The notes: generated from the letters alone by a model not told the origin. A stretch of DNA of 60,621 bases from Candidatus Muproteobacteria bacterium RBG_16_65_34 (GCA_001785115.1 MFSU01000076.1:1-60621), one strand, 5' to 3'. Shown: positions 1 to 9,240, numbered from the stretch's first letter. Made by a program: numbers and translations.

Positions 1-54
1 TCCATTCCCTTTATCTACGGTTGGGAGTTCGACGATGAAAAGTAGGGGAAACAT
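1..54 (-). CDS. 5' end of an unidentified CDS running off the window; its start overlaps the upstream stop (TGATG)
   Basis: Reverse-strand ATG at 54-52, then MFPLLFIVELPTVDKGNG..., open to position 1. Overlaps the stop of 54..464 by 1 nt. Confidence 0.3.
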   Translation of the reverse strand, partial: MFPLLFIVELPTVDKGNG

Positions 55-464
55 CAGGGGTCTCCCTCTGTAACTATGGCGAACCCACTTTCCCTTATCA
101 GCAGATCCATTCCACCGAAGTGAAGCTGTGCCTCAAGGGTCTTGCATGTTTCAGGGGGTGATAGAGTCCCAATGAAAGTGAAGCATGACCATCTCCATGC
201 GACGAAGGACCCAAGAACCCAACCGCGTACTTGCTTAGAAAAAACCTCGTAATACTTTTGATGATCTGGTGGTTCTTCCTTTTCGGCTAGGACGGTCACG
301 CGTGTTCCATGTGAGATTTGCCCAATTGCATTGCCACTCTTGGGTAGCGGGCCAGAGCGCTGCCAAACATTCACTTGTGGAACAACTACTTCGCCATACG
401 CGAGGGAATCTTGCGAAGTCTCTCGGCCATTAATCCAGGCGATTGTGGGATGCTGATTTGACAT
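54..464 (-). CDS. Hypothetical protein with a bacterial SH3-like segment
   Basis: 136-aa ORF. VNVWQRSGPLPKSGNAIGQISHGTRVTVL...VRGWVLGSFV resembles the SH3b pattern. Lies in the cassette array. Confidence 0.5.
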   Translation of the reverse strand: MSNQHPTIAWINGRETSQDSLAYGEVVVPQVNVWQRSGPLPKSGNAIGQISHGTRVTVLAEKEEPPDHQKYYEVFSKQVRGWVLGSFVAWRWSCFTFIGTLSPPETCKTLEAQLHFGGMDLLIRESGFAIVTEGDP

Positions 465-476
465 CGTTATACTGAT

Positions 477-528
477 CTTGAACCTAGGCGCGCCGTCTTT
501 GCGCGTTCGGTGGAACGAATGGTTAGCC
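477..528 (-). other. Short, degenerate attC-like site downstream of the Shedu-like gene
   Basis: In gene orientation it reads GGCTAAC...GCGC-aaagacg-GCGC...G|TTCAAG. GGCTAAC is complementary to the TTAGCC at the cassette start (1941-1946). It is only about 52 nt long and folds poorly. Confidence 0.35.
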
Positions 529-533
529 CTCGT

Positions 534-1925
534 CTATGGGACACGGGGGTAGTAGATCTGCGTGTCGCCGCCCGTGTCCCAAATTGGACCTAGTAGGTTC
601 TCGAAGACAGCTTTCGCGTTTTCATACACGTCGTCGTAAGTCATGATCCGTAGCTTCGGACTTTCGTTTGTCATGGTTTGTAGCTTGCGACGATCATTCG
701 GCAATAGTGACTGTGAACGACCGATGACAAGCAATCCGTTCGGATTGGGGGTTATGCCGGTGAGGCCAAGTTCTCGTTGCACAGTTTGCAGGTTGTCTTC
801 CAAGTACCGCTTCCAATCGATGATTTGACCGTGCGCACGTGTGAGATCGGCCGTGGGATGCCCGTCTTGGCGGAATAATGGTAAGTTTGAGCGCTCAAGC
901 TCCACGAGCACATAGTCCTGGGTGGCATCACGAAACACAAAATCTGTGACTTTGGCGCCGAGTGGTAGCTTGGGCCACATTCTGACGTGCGTTGGGCACA
1001 GGAGCACTGGGTTGTCCTGCAAGAAAGCCTGCAAGGCTTGCTCGCGTTCAGGATTCGAGTCAAGCAGAGCCTTGAACGCAGCCAGGAGCGTTGCGTATTG
1101 GCGACGAGCAGACGCTCGGGGGTCGAGCGTGCTCAACTGAGCGTCCTGTGTATGTGCAATCAGTGCGGCGCCGAGTACGTCATGCTCCGCCCACAGAGGA
1201 GCAAAATCAGCGTTCCACATTTCAGGCTTGAATCCAGGGAATACCTCGATGCATTCCCATCCAGCCATAAGGCGGATCGTAGAACGCGCAACAAACGGCT
1301 GGTTGGGTGTATCGGCTCTTGCTTCGGCGACTAGTTCCCCATGGATTTCAAGATCCAAGTGATTTCGCACAGATAAAAGGCAATAGGGTTTCGCGCCGGG
1401 CAGTTCGTCTTGCTGTAGCGAAAGGGGCTTCACCTGAAACCAGATGCGCGTCGCCACTATGTCCCGTGACGTTCCTTGTGAAGGAGAATGCACAGACAGT
1501 TTGAGCTCCACACCGAAGTTTGCATTCTGAGGATGAGGCAATTCGGGAGACTCAATGTGTACGAGATTCTGGGACAACAGTGCTGCGGCCTCCGCAATGC
1601 CTTGCGGCATGACGGTTACGACCAACTTTCGTTCGGCAAGTGTCTTCTTCTCATATCGAATAACGACTCCGTCAGTACAGATGGCAATCAGCAGATGCCC
1701 AGGGTTCGCCATGTACTCGGGAATCTTGTCGCGCAGGTGCGCATACTTTCCGTTGGCCAAGGTTTCGGTGGTCTTGATGTAGCTCTTAACAGAGGATGAA
1801 ACGGCGTCTGCAGTTGCTTCTTGCTCCGGCGTCCATGGTTCAGACGGCCCTTCGTTCAACTCAACAAACGCCATCGGATTGGAGCCCTCGAGTTTGAGCT
1901 GCCCCTTCTTGCGATCACGTGTCAT
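534..1925 (-). CDS. sduA: Shedu-like anti-phage nuclease: C-terminal DUF4263 (PD-(D/E)xK-type) domain with an unrecognised ~290-aa N-terminal region
   Basis: C-terminal ~170 aa follow the remembered DUF4263 pattern: EREQALQAFLQDNPVLL...VTDFVFRD...YVLVELERS...AHGQIIDWKRYL...GLLVIGRS...LRIMTYDDVYENA. Confidence 0.65.
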   Translation of the reverse strand: MTRDRKKGQLKLEGSNPMAFVELNEGPSEPWTPEQEATADAVSSSVKSYIKTTETLANGKYAHLRDKIPEYMANPGHLLIAICTDGVVIRYEKKTLAERKLVVTVMPQGIAEAAALLSQNLVHIESPELPHPQNANFGVELKLSVHSPSQGTSRDIVATRIWFQVKPLSLQQDELPGAKPYCLLSVRNHLDLEIHGELVAEARADTPNQPFVARSTIRLMAGWECIEVFPGFKPEMWNADFAPLWAEHDVLGAALIAHTQDAQLSTLDPRASARRQYATLLAAFKALLDSNPEREQALQAFLQDNPVLLCPTHVRMWPKLPLGAKVTDFVFRDATQDYVLVELERSNLPLFRQDGHPTADLTRAHGQIIDWKRYLEDNLQTVQRELGLTGITPNPNGLLVIGRSQSLLPNDRRKLQTMTNESPKLRIMTYDDVYENAKAVFENLLGPIWDTGGDTQIYYPRVP

Positions 1926-1940
1926 GTTGTGTCCCTCGAG

Positions 1941-2031
1941 GGCTAACGGTCCGGATGTGCGGCGCCGGCCAATGAAGTGTCAGGAAACACAGTGCGCTGT
2001 CCCCGGCGTCCGCACGAGCCGGGAGTTAGGT
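1941..2031 (-). other. attC-like recombination site (membrane-protein cassette)
   Basis: In gene orientation: ACCTAAC (overlaps the TAA stop) ... G|TTAGCC, 91 nt. The arms pair in three blocks (CCGG, GTGCGG, CGCCGG) with bulged bases. Confidence 0.6.
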
Positions 2032-2868
2032 TGGCTTTGTATATGAGGCACCCAGCGCCATAAGTGCCTCAAGAGAAAATCGCCTATAGAACTTTACAAA
2101 CGCCATAAACGTTACGTACGAGACCAATATACTTAGCGTCAGAAGCGCCACACTTTGTATTCCCGTAAAGGTCCCTCGCACAGCATGCCAGATAAGGCCC
2201 CAGAAAATGACCACTACCAGTAATGTGAGAGTACGCAAGAAGCCGTAGAGTGCAACGTAGTTTTGCATTTTTGGCAAATGATTTGGCGCATTCTCGACTG
2301 TGTAATGGTAGGCATACCGAAAATAGTCGTGCTCATCCGCGGTACCATATTCCGACGGCTTTTTGATGTTCGCATGTTCGATTACCAGCTTGTGTAATTT
2401 GTTTTTGAGTATGGCAATAAGAAGCGGGTCGAGCTTCTTCGCGTAGAGATCACGCAACCCTGCTTTTTCACCCAATAGCCAATCCATGGCTACTATCGGT
2501 GTAAGTAAAATAGCCACGATTGTTCTCATGACAATACGTATTCCGCGTTTTTCTCGAATTTCGAAGTAGCCATCAGGTGAAAGGTCGAGCAAATACTTCG
2601 ATGGGTAGCCGAACGCCCAAATTGAGTACCGCTCGACAGTAATGGATGACAGAAAGCTCAAAAGATGTCCGGTCGCATAGGCAACCAAGATGAACGGGAT
2701 ATAAACCTCGGGGGTTTTAGAACTCAGGGTGGCTGTGATGTAGCCCAGCACTGTTATGTCGGGCTGTGCATGTGCATATGCGGCCATCAACCCATACAGA
2801 AAAAGCGCACCAGGTGTGAAGTATCCTAAAAAATCGTATAGCGAAAAGGGATTCTGCTTAAGATCCAT
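2026..2868 (-). CDS. Hypothetical multi-pass membrane protein (cassette-borne)
   Basis: 280-aa ORF with several long hydrophobic stretches (for example FTPGALFLYGLMAAYA, IPFILVAYATGHLLSFL, LTLLVVVIFWGLIW). No family recognised. Confidence 0.55.
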   Translation of the reverse strand: MDLKQNPFSLYDFLGYFTPGALFLYGLMAAYAHAQPDITVLGYITATLSSKTPEVYIPFILVAYATGHLLSFLSSITVERYSIWAFGYPSKYLLDLSPDGYFEIREKRGIRIVMRTIVAILLTPIVAMDWLLGEKAGLRDLYAKKLDPLLIAILKNKLHKLVIEHANIKKPSEYGTADEHDYFRYAYHYTVENAPNHLPKMQNYVALYGFLRTLTLLVVVIFWGLIWHAVRGTFTGIQSVALLTLSILVSYVTFMAFVKFYRRFSLEALMALGASYTKPT

Positions 2869-2897
2869 CTGGGCGCTCCCTGATTGTTTTGTTGAAA

Positions 2898-2984
2898 ACC
2901 TAACGCCGTTTTAACCGGCGCGGGCCGCGAAAGTAAAACAATGCGCCGTCGTAACACCGTGTCCGGTTGAAAACATAGTTATGT
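2898..2984 (-). other. attC-like recombination site (PIN cassette)
   Basis: In gene orientation: ACATAAC (overlaps the TAA stop) ... G|TTAGGT, 87 nt. GTTTTCAACCGG pairs with CCGGTTAAAAC, leaving one bulged C. Confidence 0.6.
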
Positions 2985-3413
2985 TTGCTGCCAGTAAAGC
3001 ACATTGCAACCGTTGTTCTTAGCCACCTTGTGAAGGTGGTAGTCGGCCGTCAAGAGGGTATATCCGTTGTTGATCGCGATCTCCGCAATAAGCGCATCCA
3101 TGGTGTTATTGCGCTTTTCCCCATTCAACTGATTGAGCTCATTTCTCAACCTTTCGAAGAGATCGCCGTCACTCAGTTTTCCGTGGCCGATTCGAGATAC
3201 GCCAATTACAAAGGTTTCGGTAGGCACAACTTCTTCCACAGTGGTCGCGAACATTAGGAAAAGTTGTGCTCTTTTTTCCTCATCCTTGGTTCGATTCAAC
3301 TCGTCGATCTGAATATGCGACGCGACGAACTCGCCATCGGTGGGCAACTGATCAGGCGCGAGCACGCCATCAACCAATTTGTTCAAAATGCATGTATCGA
3401 CAACGTATTTCAT
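2979..3413 (-). CDS. PIN-domain protein (VapC-like toxin fold), with no adjacent antitoxin ORF
   Basis: Internal start MKYVVDTCILNKL (cat at 3411-3413). The acidic DT motif at the N-terminus and the ~144-aa size are typical of PIN domains. The longer 214-aa ORF-track version has an Arg-rich, implausible extension. Confidence 0.55.
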   Translation of the reverse strand: MKYVVDTCILNKLVDGVLAPDQLPTDGEFVASHIQIDELNRTKDEEKRAQLFLMFATTVEEVVPTETFVIGVSRIGHGKLSDGDLFERLRNELNQLNGEKRNNTMDALIAEIAINNGYTLLTADYHLHKVAKNNGCNVLYWQQT

Positions 3414-3660
3414 TGGCAAACATAACGACGATTCGACGGCCCATTGACCGATATCACCGAGGCGGCGCGAAGGCGGGAAGAGAAAGTCTGGAAGAATCAC
3501 ATCCTTGGCGCCGCACTGCCGGTACCCGGTCGGGAAATATACTGCAACTCTGCGGTATAACATACGCCGGGCGGGTGGATGGGCCGTGTAGCGCTGATAT
3601 CGGTGAGAACGGGAAGACCGCATTTTGGCGGCGGATCAAAGGGTTGGTGCGCTAAGGGGC

Positions 3661-3728
3661 GAGGACTGAGGACTGAGGGCTGAGGACTCAGAGGTTCACC
3701 GTTCACGGATCACGAATCACGAGTCACG
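3661..3728. repeat. Two abutting tandem heptamer arrays: GAGGACT x4 (3661-3688) and NNTCACG x5 (3694-3728)
   Basis: Direct reading: gaggact gaggact gagggct gaggact, then gttcacc gttcacg gatcacg aatcacg agtcacg. Confidence 0.9.
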
Positions 3729-3731
3729 GCC

Positions 3732-4106
3732 TCACAAGTACCGGATCGCAAAATAATTGCACAGCAGGTGCATCGTGTTGTCGGTGACGATCACGAGCCA
3801 CACCGACAGCCACGCGGGGGTGCTGTCCGCGTAGCCGGTGTAGGTGTGGAAGTCGCGCCAGTGCCGGGGGTCGCCGGCCATGTTCTTGGCCATGGCGACG
3901 TAGTGCGCCAGCCGGTAGCGGTCGATTACCGCGTGGGTGCCGAAGATCACGGCGAGCGCCGCGGGCGAGAGCGTGATCAGGGTGAAGGGGAGCGAGTAGA
4001 CGAAGGCGTGCAGGATCGCGACCGGCCACGAGCGGATCTTGTTCTCCGCCATGTGGCTGGTCTGGAGGATGTAGTCTCCAACCAGGTGCGCGAGGATCTG
4101 TTCCAT
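3732..4106 (-). CDS. DUF3307-family membrane protein
   Basis: 124 aa. AHLVGDYILQTSHMA and HAVIDRY motifs match the family pattern as remembered. Confidence 0.6.
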   Translation of the reverse strand: MEQILAHLVGDYILQTSHMAENKIRSWPVAILHAFVYSLPFTLITLSPAALAVIFGTHAVIDRYRLAHYVAMAKNMAGDPRHWRDFHTYTGYADSTPAWLSVWLVIVTDNTMHLLCNYFAIRYL

Positions 4107-4157
4107 ATTATGGTTCGATTCTAGTCACACCTTCTCGGTTAGGCCATGTGAAAAAAG

Positions 4158-5081
4158 TCACAGGTCAGGCCGGCCCCGCGCCGCGAAGGCCTCGCGGTGC
4201 CCGGCCAACTGCTCCGCCGTAAGCAAAAATACGCTCTCATCCCCGCTCGTGGTGGTGAGCCAGGTGAACGGGACCTCGGGGAAGGCCTGTTGCAGGGTCT
4301 CGCTGCTGTTGCCGACCTCGGCCACCAGGATGCCGCCGGGATTGAGGTGTTCGGGCGCCCGCGCCAGGATGCGGGTAATTACGTCGAGGCCGCTCGCCCC
4401 GGCCGCGAGCGCAAGCGCCGGCTCGTGGCGGTACTCCGCGGGCAGGGTCTCAAGCTCCGGGGTGGCGACGTACGGCGGGTTGGTGGCGATCAGATCGTAG
4501 CGCTCGCCCGCGAGTTCATCGAACAGATCGGATTGGATCACGCGCACCCGCTCGCGCAGCCCGTGGCGCTCGACGTTGAGGCGTGCGACCGCGAGCGCCT
4601 CGGCCGAGATATCGGTCGCGTCCACGCGCGCCGCGGGAAAGGAATGCGCCAGCGCCACCGCGATGCAGCCGCTCCCGGTGCAGAGATCGAGTGCGCGCCG
4701 CACCATTCCGGGATCGACCCACGGCTCGAAGCGCTCCAGGATGAATTCGCCGATGAGCGAGCGCGGCACGATCGTGCGCTCATCCACGTAGAACTTAAGG
4801 CCCGCGAACCAGACCGCGTTCAATAGATACGCCAGCGGCTTGCGGCTGCGGATGCGCTCGGCAACCAGCGCATGAATTCGCTCGCGCTGGGCGGGCGTGG
4901 GTTCATCCCCGAGGCGATCATCGAGCTCCTGCGGCTCGCACCCGAGCGCCGCGCCCACGAGCCAGGCGGCCTCGTCGAGCGCGTTGTCCGTGCCGTGACC
5001 GAAATAAAGCCCGGCCTCGACGAACCGGTCCTCGGTCCATTCGACAAAATCGGCGACCGTGCGCGGTGGGAGGCTGTTCAA
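4158..5081 (-). CDS. prmB: 50S ribosomal protein L3 N5-glutamine methyltransferase
   Basis: 307 aa. SAM-binding LDLCTGSGCIA, the NPPY motif (TNPPYV), and a PrmB-type N-terminus (FVEAGLYFGHGTDNALDEAAWLV). Confidence 0.85.
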   Translation of the reverse strand: MNSLPPRTVADFVEWTEDRFVEAGLYFGHGTDNALDEAAWLVGAALGCEPQELDDRLGDEPTPAQRERIHALVAERIRSRKPLAYLLNAVWFAGLKFYVDERTIVPRSLIGEFILERFEPWVDPGMVRRALDLCTGSGCIAVALAHSFPAARVDATDISAEALAVARLNVERHGLRERVRVIQSDLFDELAGERYDLIATNPPYVATPELETLPAEYRHEPALALAAGASGLDVITRILARAPEHLNPGGILVAEVGNSSETLQQAFPEVPFTWLTTTSGDESVFLLTAEQLAGHREAFAARGRPDL

Positions 5082-5102
5082 AGGGAGCTAAGAATTAATG
5101 GA

Positions 5103-5341
5103 CAGGATTAACAGGATTTCTCAGGATTTACAGGATTAAACCTAAATAAGTTTAGAAGTGTTTTGGGTATTGCCTTGGAACTTATCCTTTTTTGCCACGG
5201 TACGTCCGTGCCGTCACCGATGCCATAAAAGCCACCCCAGAGCTTGCCTTCGTCCAAATGGAATCGTGCCGGATCAACAACAAGAATTTATGCTTTAATC
5301 CTGTTAATCCTGAGAAATCCTGAGAAATCCTGTAAATCCTG
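5103..5341. repeat. CAGGATT-family element with split arms: CAGGATT x4 (5103-5137) and AATCCTG x5 (5297-5341), separated by ~157 nt
   Basis: Unit spacing is 9-10 nt. The arms match those at 28203-28295 and 47047-47134. Confidence 0.85.
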
Positions 5342-5358
5342 TCTATTGCTGTCTATTT

Positions 5359-6285
5359 CTACTTTTTCAGCTTTTCGAGATCGGCCCGCACCATGCCCGC
5401 CGACCTCTGAAACTCGGCCGCCTCCTGCGCCGTCAACGGCAGCTCGATCACGCGCTCCATGCCGCCTTCGCCCAGCACGATCGGCACGCCCATCGCGATG
5501 TCGGTGAGCCCGTACTCGCCCGCGAGCAGCGCCACGCCCGGGAGGATCTGGCGGCGGTTGTGGCTGATGGCGTCGACCATGCTGGCGATGGCCGCGGCCG
5601 GGGCGTCGTAGGCGCTCGCGGTTCTGCGCAGGCTCAGGATCTCCGCGCCGCCCTCGCGCGTGCGCTGGACGATCTGTTCGATCTTTTCCCCGGACAGGAA
5701 ATGCTCGATGGGAATGCCGTTGATGCAGGTGAAGCGCGTCATCGGCACCATGGTGTCGCCGTGGCCGCCGAGCACCATGGCCGTGATGTCCTTGACCGAG
5801 AAGCCCGTCTCCATGGCGACGAAGCTCGCCATGCGCGCGGAGTCGAGCACCCCGGCCATGCCGAAGACGCGGTGACGCGGCCACCCCGAGCGCTTCCACG
5901 CCGCATAGGTGAGCACGTCCACGGGATTCGTGACCATGAGCAGCATCGCCTCGGGGGCGCCGCGGAGCATCTCGTCCACGACCCCGTTGACCACCGCGAG
6001 GTTCGTCTCGAGCACGTCCGAGCGCGACATGCCGGGCTTGCGCGGGATGCCGGCGGTGACGATCACGAGCTCGGAGCCCGCCATGGCCTTGAGGTCGTTC
6101 GAGCCCCGGAGCTGGGTGTCGAAGTCGAAGATCGGCGCCGATTCTTGGATGTCCAGAGCCGTGCCTTGCGGCACGCCCTCCTTGATGTCGATCAGCACGA
6201 TCTCGCGGCAGAGCTCGGCCTTGGCGAGATTGTGCGCCGCCGACTCGCCGACGCGCCCCGCACCCACGATGGCGATCTTTTTCAT
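5359..6285 (-). CDS. mdh: NAD-dependent malate dehydrogenase (LDH-like type)
   Basis: Start MKKIAIVGAGRVG (cat at 6283-6285). TAGIPRKPGMSRSDL-type and GGHGDTMVP motifs. Confidence 0.9.
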   Translation of the reverse strand: MKKIAIVGAGRVGESAAHNLAKAELCREIVLIDIKEGVPQGTALDIQESAPIFDFDTQLRGSNDLKAMAGSELVIVTAGIPRKPGMSRSDVLETNLAVVNGVVDEMLRGAPEAMLLMVTNPVDVLTYAAWKRSGWPRHRVFGMAGVLDSARMASFVAMETGFSVKDITAMVLGGHGDTMVPMTRFTCINGIPIEHFLSGEKIEQIVQRTREGGAEILSLRRTASAYDAPAAAIASMVDAISHNRRQILPGVALLAGEYGLTDIAMGVPIVLGEGGMERVIELPLTAQEAAEFQRSAGMVRADLEKLKK

Positions 6286-6334
6286 CCATCTCTCCCTGGA
6301 CGGTTCATGGCCCTTAAAGTATAGCCGCAGCGAT

Positions 6335-7588
<1,254 letters not shown>

Positions 7589-7599
7589 GATTGGTTTGT

Positions 7600-7703
7600 C
7601 GTGACTCGTGACTCGTGACTCGTGAGCGGTGAACGGTGAGTTGCAGGGGTTAGCTATCAGCTATCGGCTATCAGCCTGAACCCTGATCCCCGGCCCCTGG
7701 CCG
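7600..7703. repeat. Three consecutive heptamer arrays: CGTGACT-type x6 (7600-7641), AGCTATC x3.5 (7652-7676), CCTGNNC x4 (7676-7703)
   Basis: Direct reading. The reverse complement of the first array begins tcaccgttcac, as does the array at 3695. Confidence 0.9.
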
Positions 7704-7704
7704 G

Positions 7705-9184
7705 CTATTCAATAACCTTAATCATCTCGTCCGTCCCGGGCTCGCCGCCCGGGAAGCGATCGTTGAGCAGCCGCAGGACCGATTCGGCCCCGGCGCCGAG
7801 CGGCGATTTTTTTGCGAGCCCGGCGAACGTGTCGCCCCGCGCGCGCCGTGACGACACGGATGTGCAGCCCTTCCGCCAAGCGCCGCTCCGCCGCCGTGAG
7901 CGGATGCAGGCTGCGCGCGGTAGCGAGGAACAGGGGATCGACTCGGCCCAGGGCGTCGGCGGCGCGGGTCGCGCCGTAGAACGTGAACGCCCGGTTTTCG
8001 TGGTACACCACGATCACGCGGGTGTCGCGTGGGCCGAAAGGCGTATTCAAGCGCACGACCGCCGTGTGCGCGGGCAACGCGCTGCCTTCGAGCGGAGCCT
8101 CGTCCATGAGGTTCGTAAGTTTGAGGCGCTGCTGCATGTATTCGCGCGGGCTCAGGCGCCGGTTCAGATCCTCCATACGCAACTGCATGGACGCCGCCTG
8201 GTCCGGGCTGGAGGCGAGGACGGCCTGCGGCGTGTTCTCCACGCGCCAGCCCGCGGGGAAACGGAGCGCGAAGTTGAGGTCGCGGTGATAAAACTCGGCC
8301 CCGCGGCCGATGCCCTGGCGGGCGCTCTCGCCGAACGTGAGCTTGTCGAGGTAACGCAGGTAGTCGGCGCGCGCCGTGCGGACGGCGGCCGCGGTTTTGA
8401 ACTTGTCCGCCTCGGCCACCACCTCCTGCAGCCGCCGGTCGTTGCTCGGGTGGGTGGCGAAGACACCGTGGTAGACGCGCGGCTCGCGCCCTTCTTCCTT
8501 GGCGCGCTGTTTCTCGAACTCCTCCTGGTTTTTGAGCACGCCGACGACGCCGATCATAGCGTGCGGATCGAAGCCCGTGCGCGCCAGATACTCGGCCCCC
8601 AGCCGGTCGGACTCAAGCTCGTGGTCGCGCCCGTAACCCGAGAGCAGCGCGTTGCCGATCACGTTCATGAGCTGCTGCCCGGCCTGGCTACCGAGTTCCG
8701 GCACCACGGCCGACAGGATATTGGCGCCGATGCTGGCGGCGGTCGCCGCGGTATATTGGCGCACCGCATGGCGCGCGGTCACGTGGCCGACCTCGTGGCC
8801 CAGCACCGCGGCGAGCTCAGCCTCGGAGTTCAAGTAGGCGAGAATCCCGCGGGTGATGTAGATGTAGCCGCCGGGGAGCGCAAAGGCGTTGACCTCCGGT
8901 GAATCGAGCACCGTGAAGCGGTACACCAGTCCCGGGCGGTGGCTGTGCGTGGCGAGCTGTTCGCCCACCCGCTGCACGTAGGCCTGAAGCGCGGAGTCGT
9001 CATAGACACCATATTGGGCGCGGATCTTCGGGTCGTTCGCCCGCCCGAGCGCGATCTCCTCGTCCTCGGACATGAGCACGATGTCCTTCCCGCCCGTGAC
9101 CGGGTTGGTGGCGCAGGCGGTCACGACGCCTGCGATCACGGCGACTCCGAGGAGATATCGCAACAGGTGTGACGGTCGAGCCAT
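7705..9184 (-). CDS. M48-family zinc metallopeptidase with signal/lipoprotein-like N-terminus; its LysM-like C-terminal tail is interrupted by an apparent 1-nt frameshift
   Basis: HEVGH motif (LGHEVGHVTARH). The annotated frame ends in an Arg-rich tail. The alternate frame from about 7850 reads GDTFAGLAKKSPLGAGAESVLRLLNDRFPGGEPGTDEMIKVIE and stops at 7705-7707. Confidence 0.75.
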
Positions 9185-9240
9185 GGTGTAGTAGCCGTCA
9201 GCGGTCCGCCTTCAGCCACCGGCTAAGGCCTGTCGCTTTA

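Larger units (their letters stand above)
1..3426 (-). mobile_element. Integron-type gene cassette array with no integrase on the expected side (CALIN-like); at least 4 cassettes, continues past the left window edge
   Basis: Visibly richer in AT than the rest of the window. Four co-oriented ORFs are separated by attC-like imperfect palindromes. The start of each cassette (G|TTRRRY) is the reverse complement of its own end (RYYYAAC). Confidence 0.6.

Noticed and set aside
3454-3706. Short ORFs upstream of the PIN gene as antitoxin candidates (3454..3639, 3497..3706, and 3266..3655 on the plus strand)
   Set aside because: They are Arg/Pro-rich, overlap each other and run into the heptamer arrays. 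None resembles an antitoxin.
5138-5296. Possible tRNA or small RNA in the 157-nt insert between the CAGGATT arms
   Set aside because: No cloverleaf or T-loop (GTTCGAATC-like) signature was visible by eye. I cannot exclude an sRNA, so it is treated as part of the CAGGATT finding rather than annotated.
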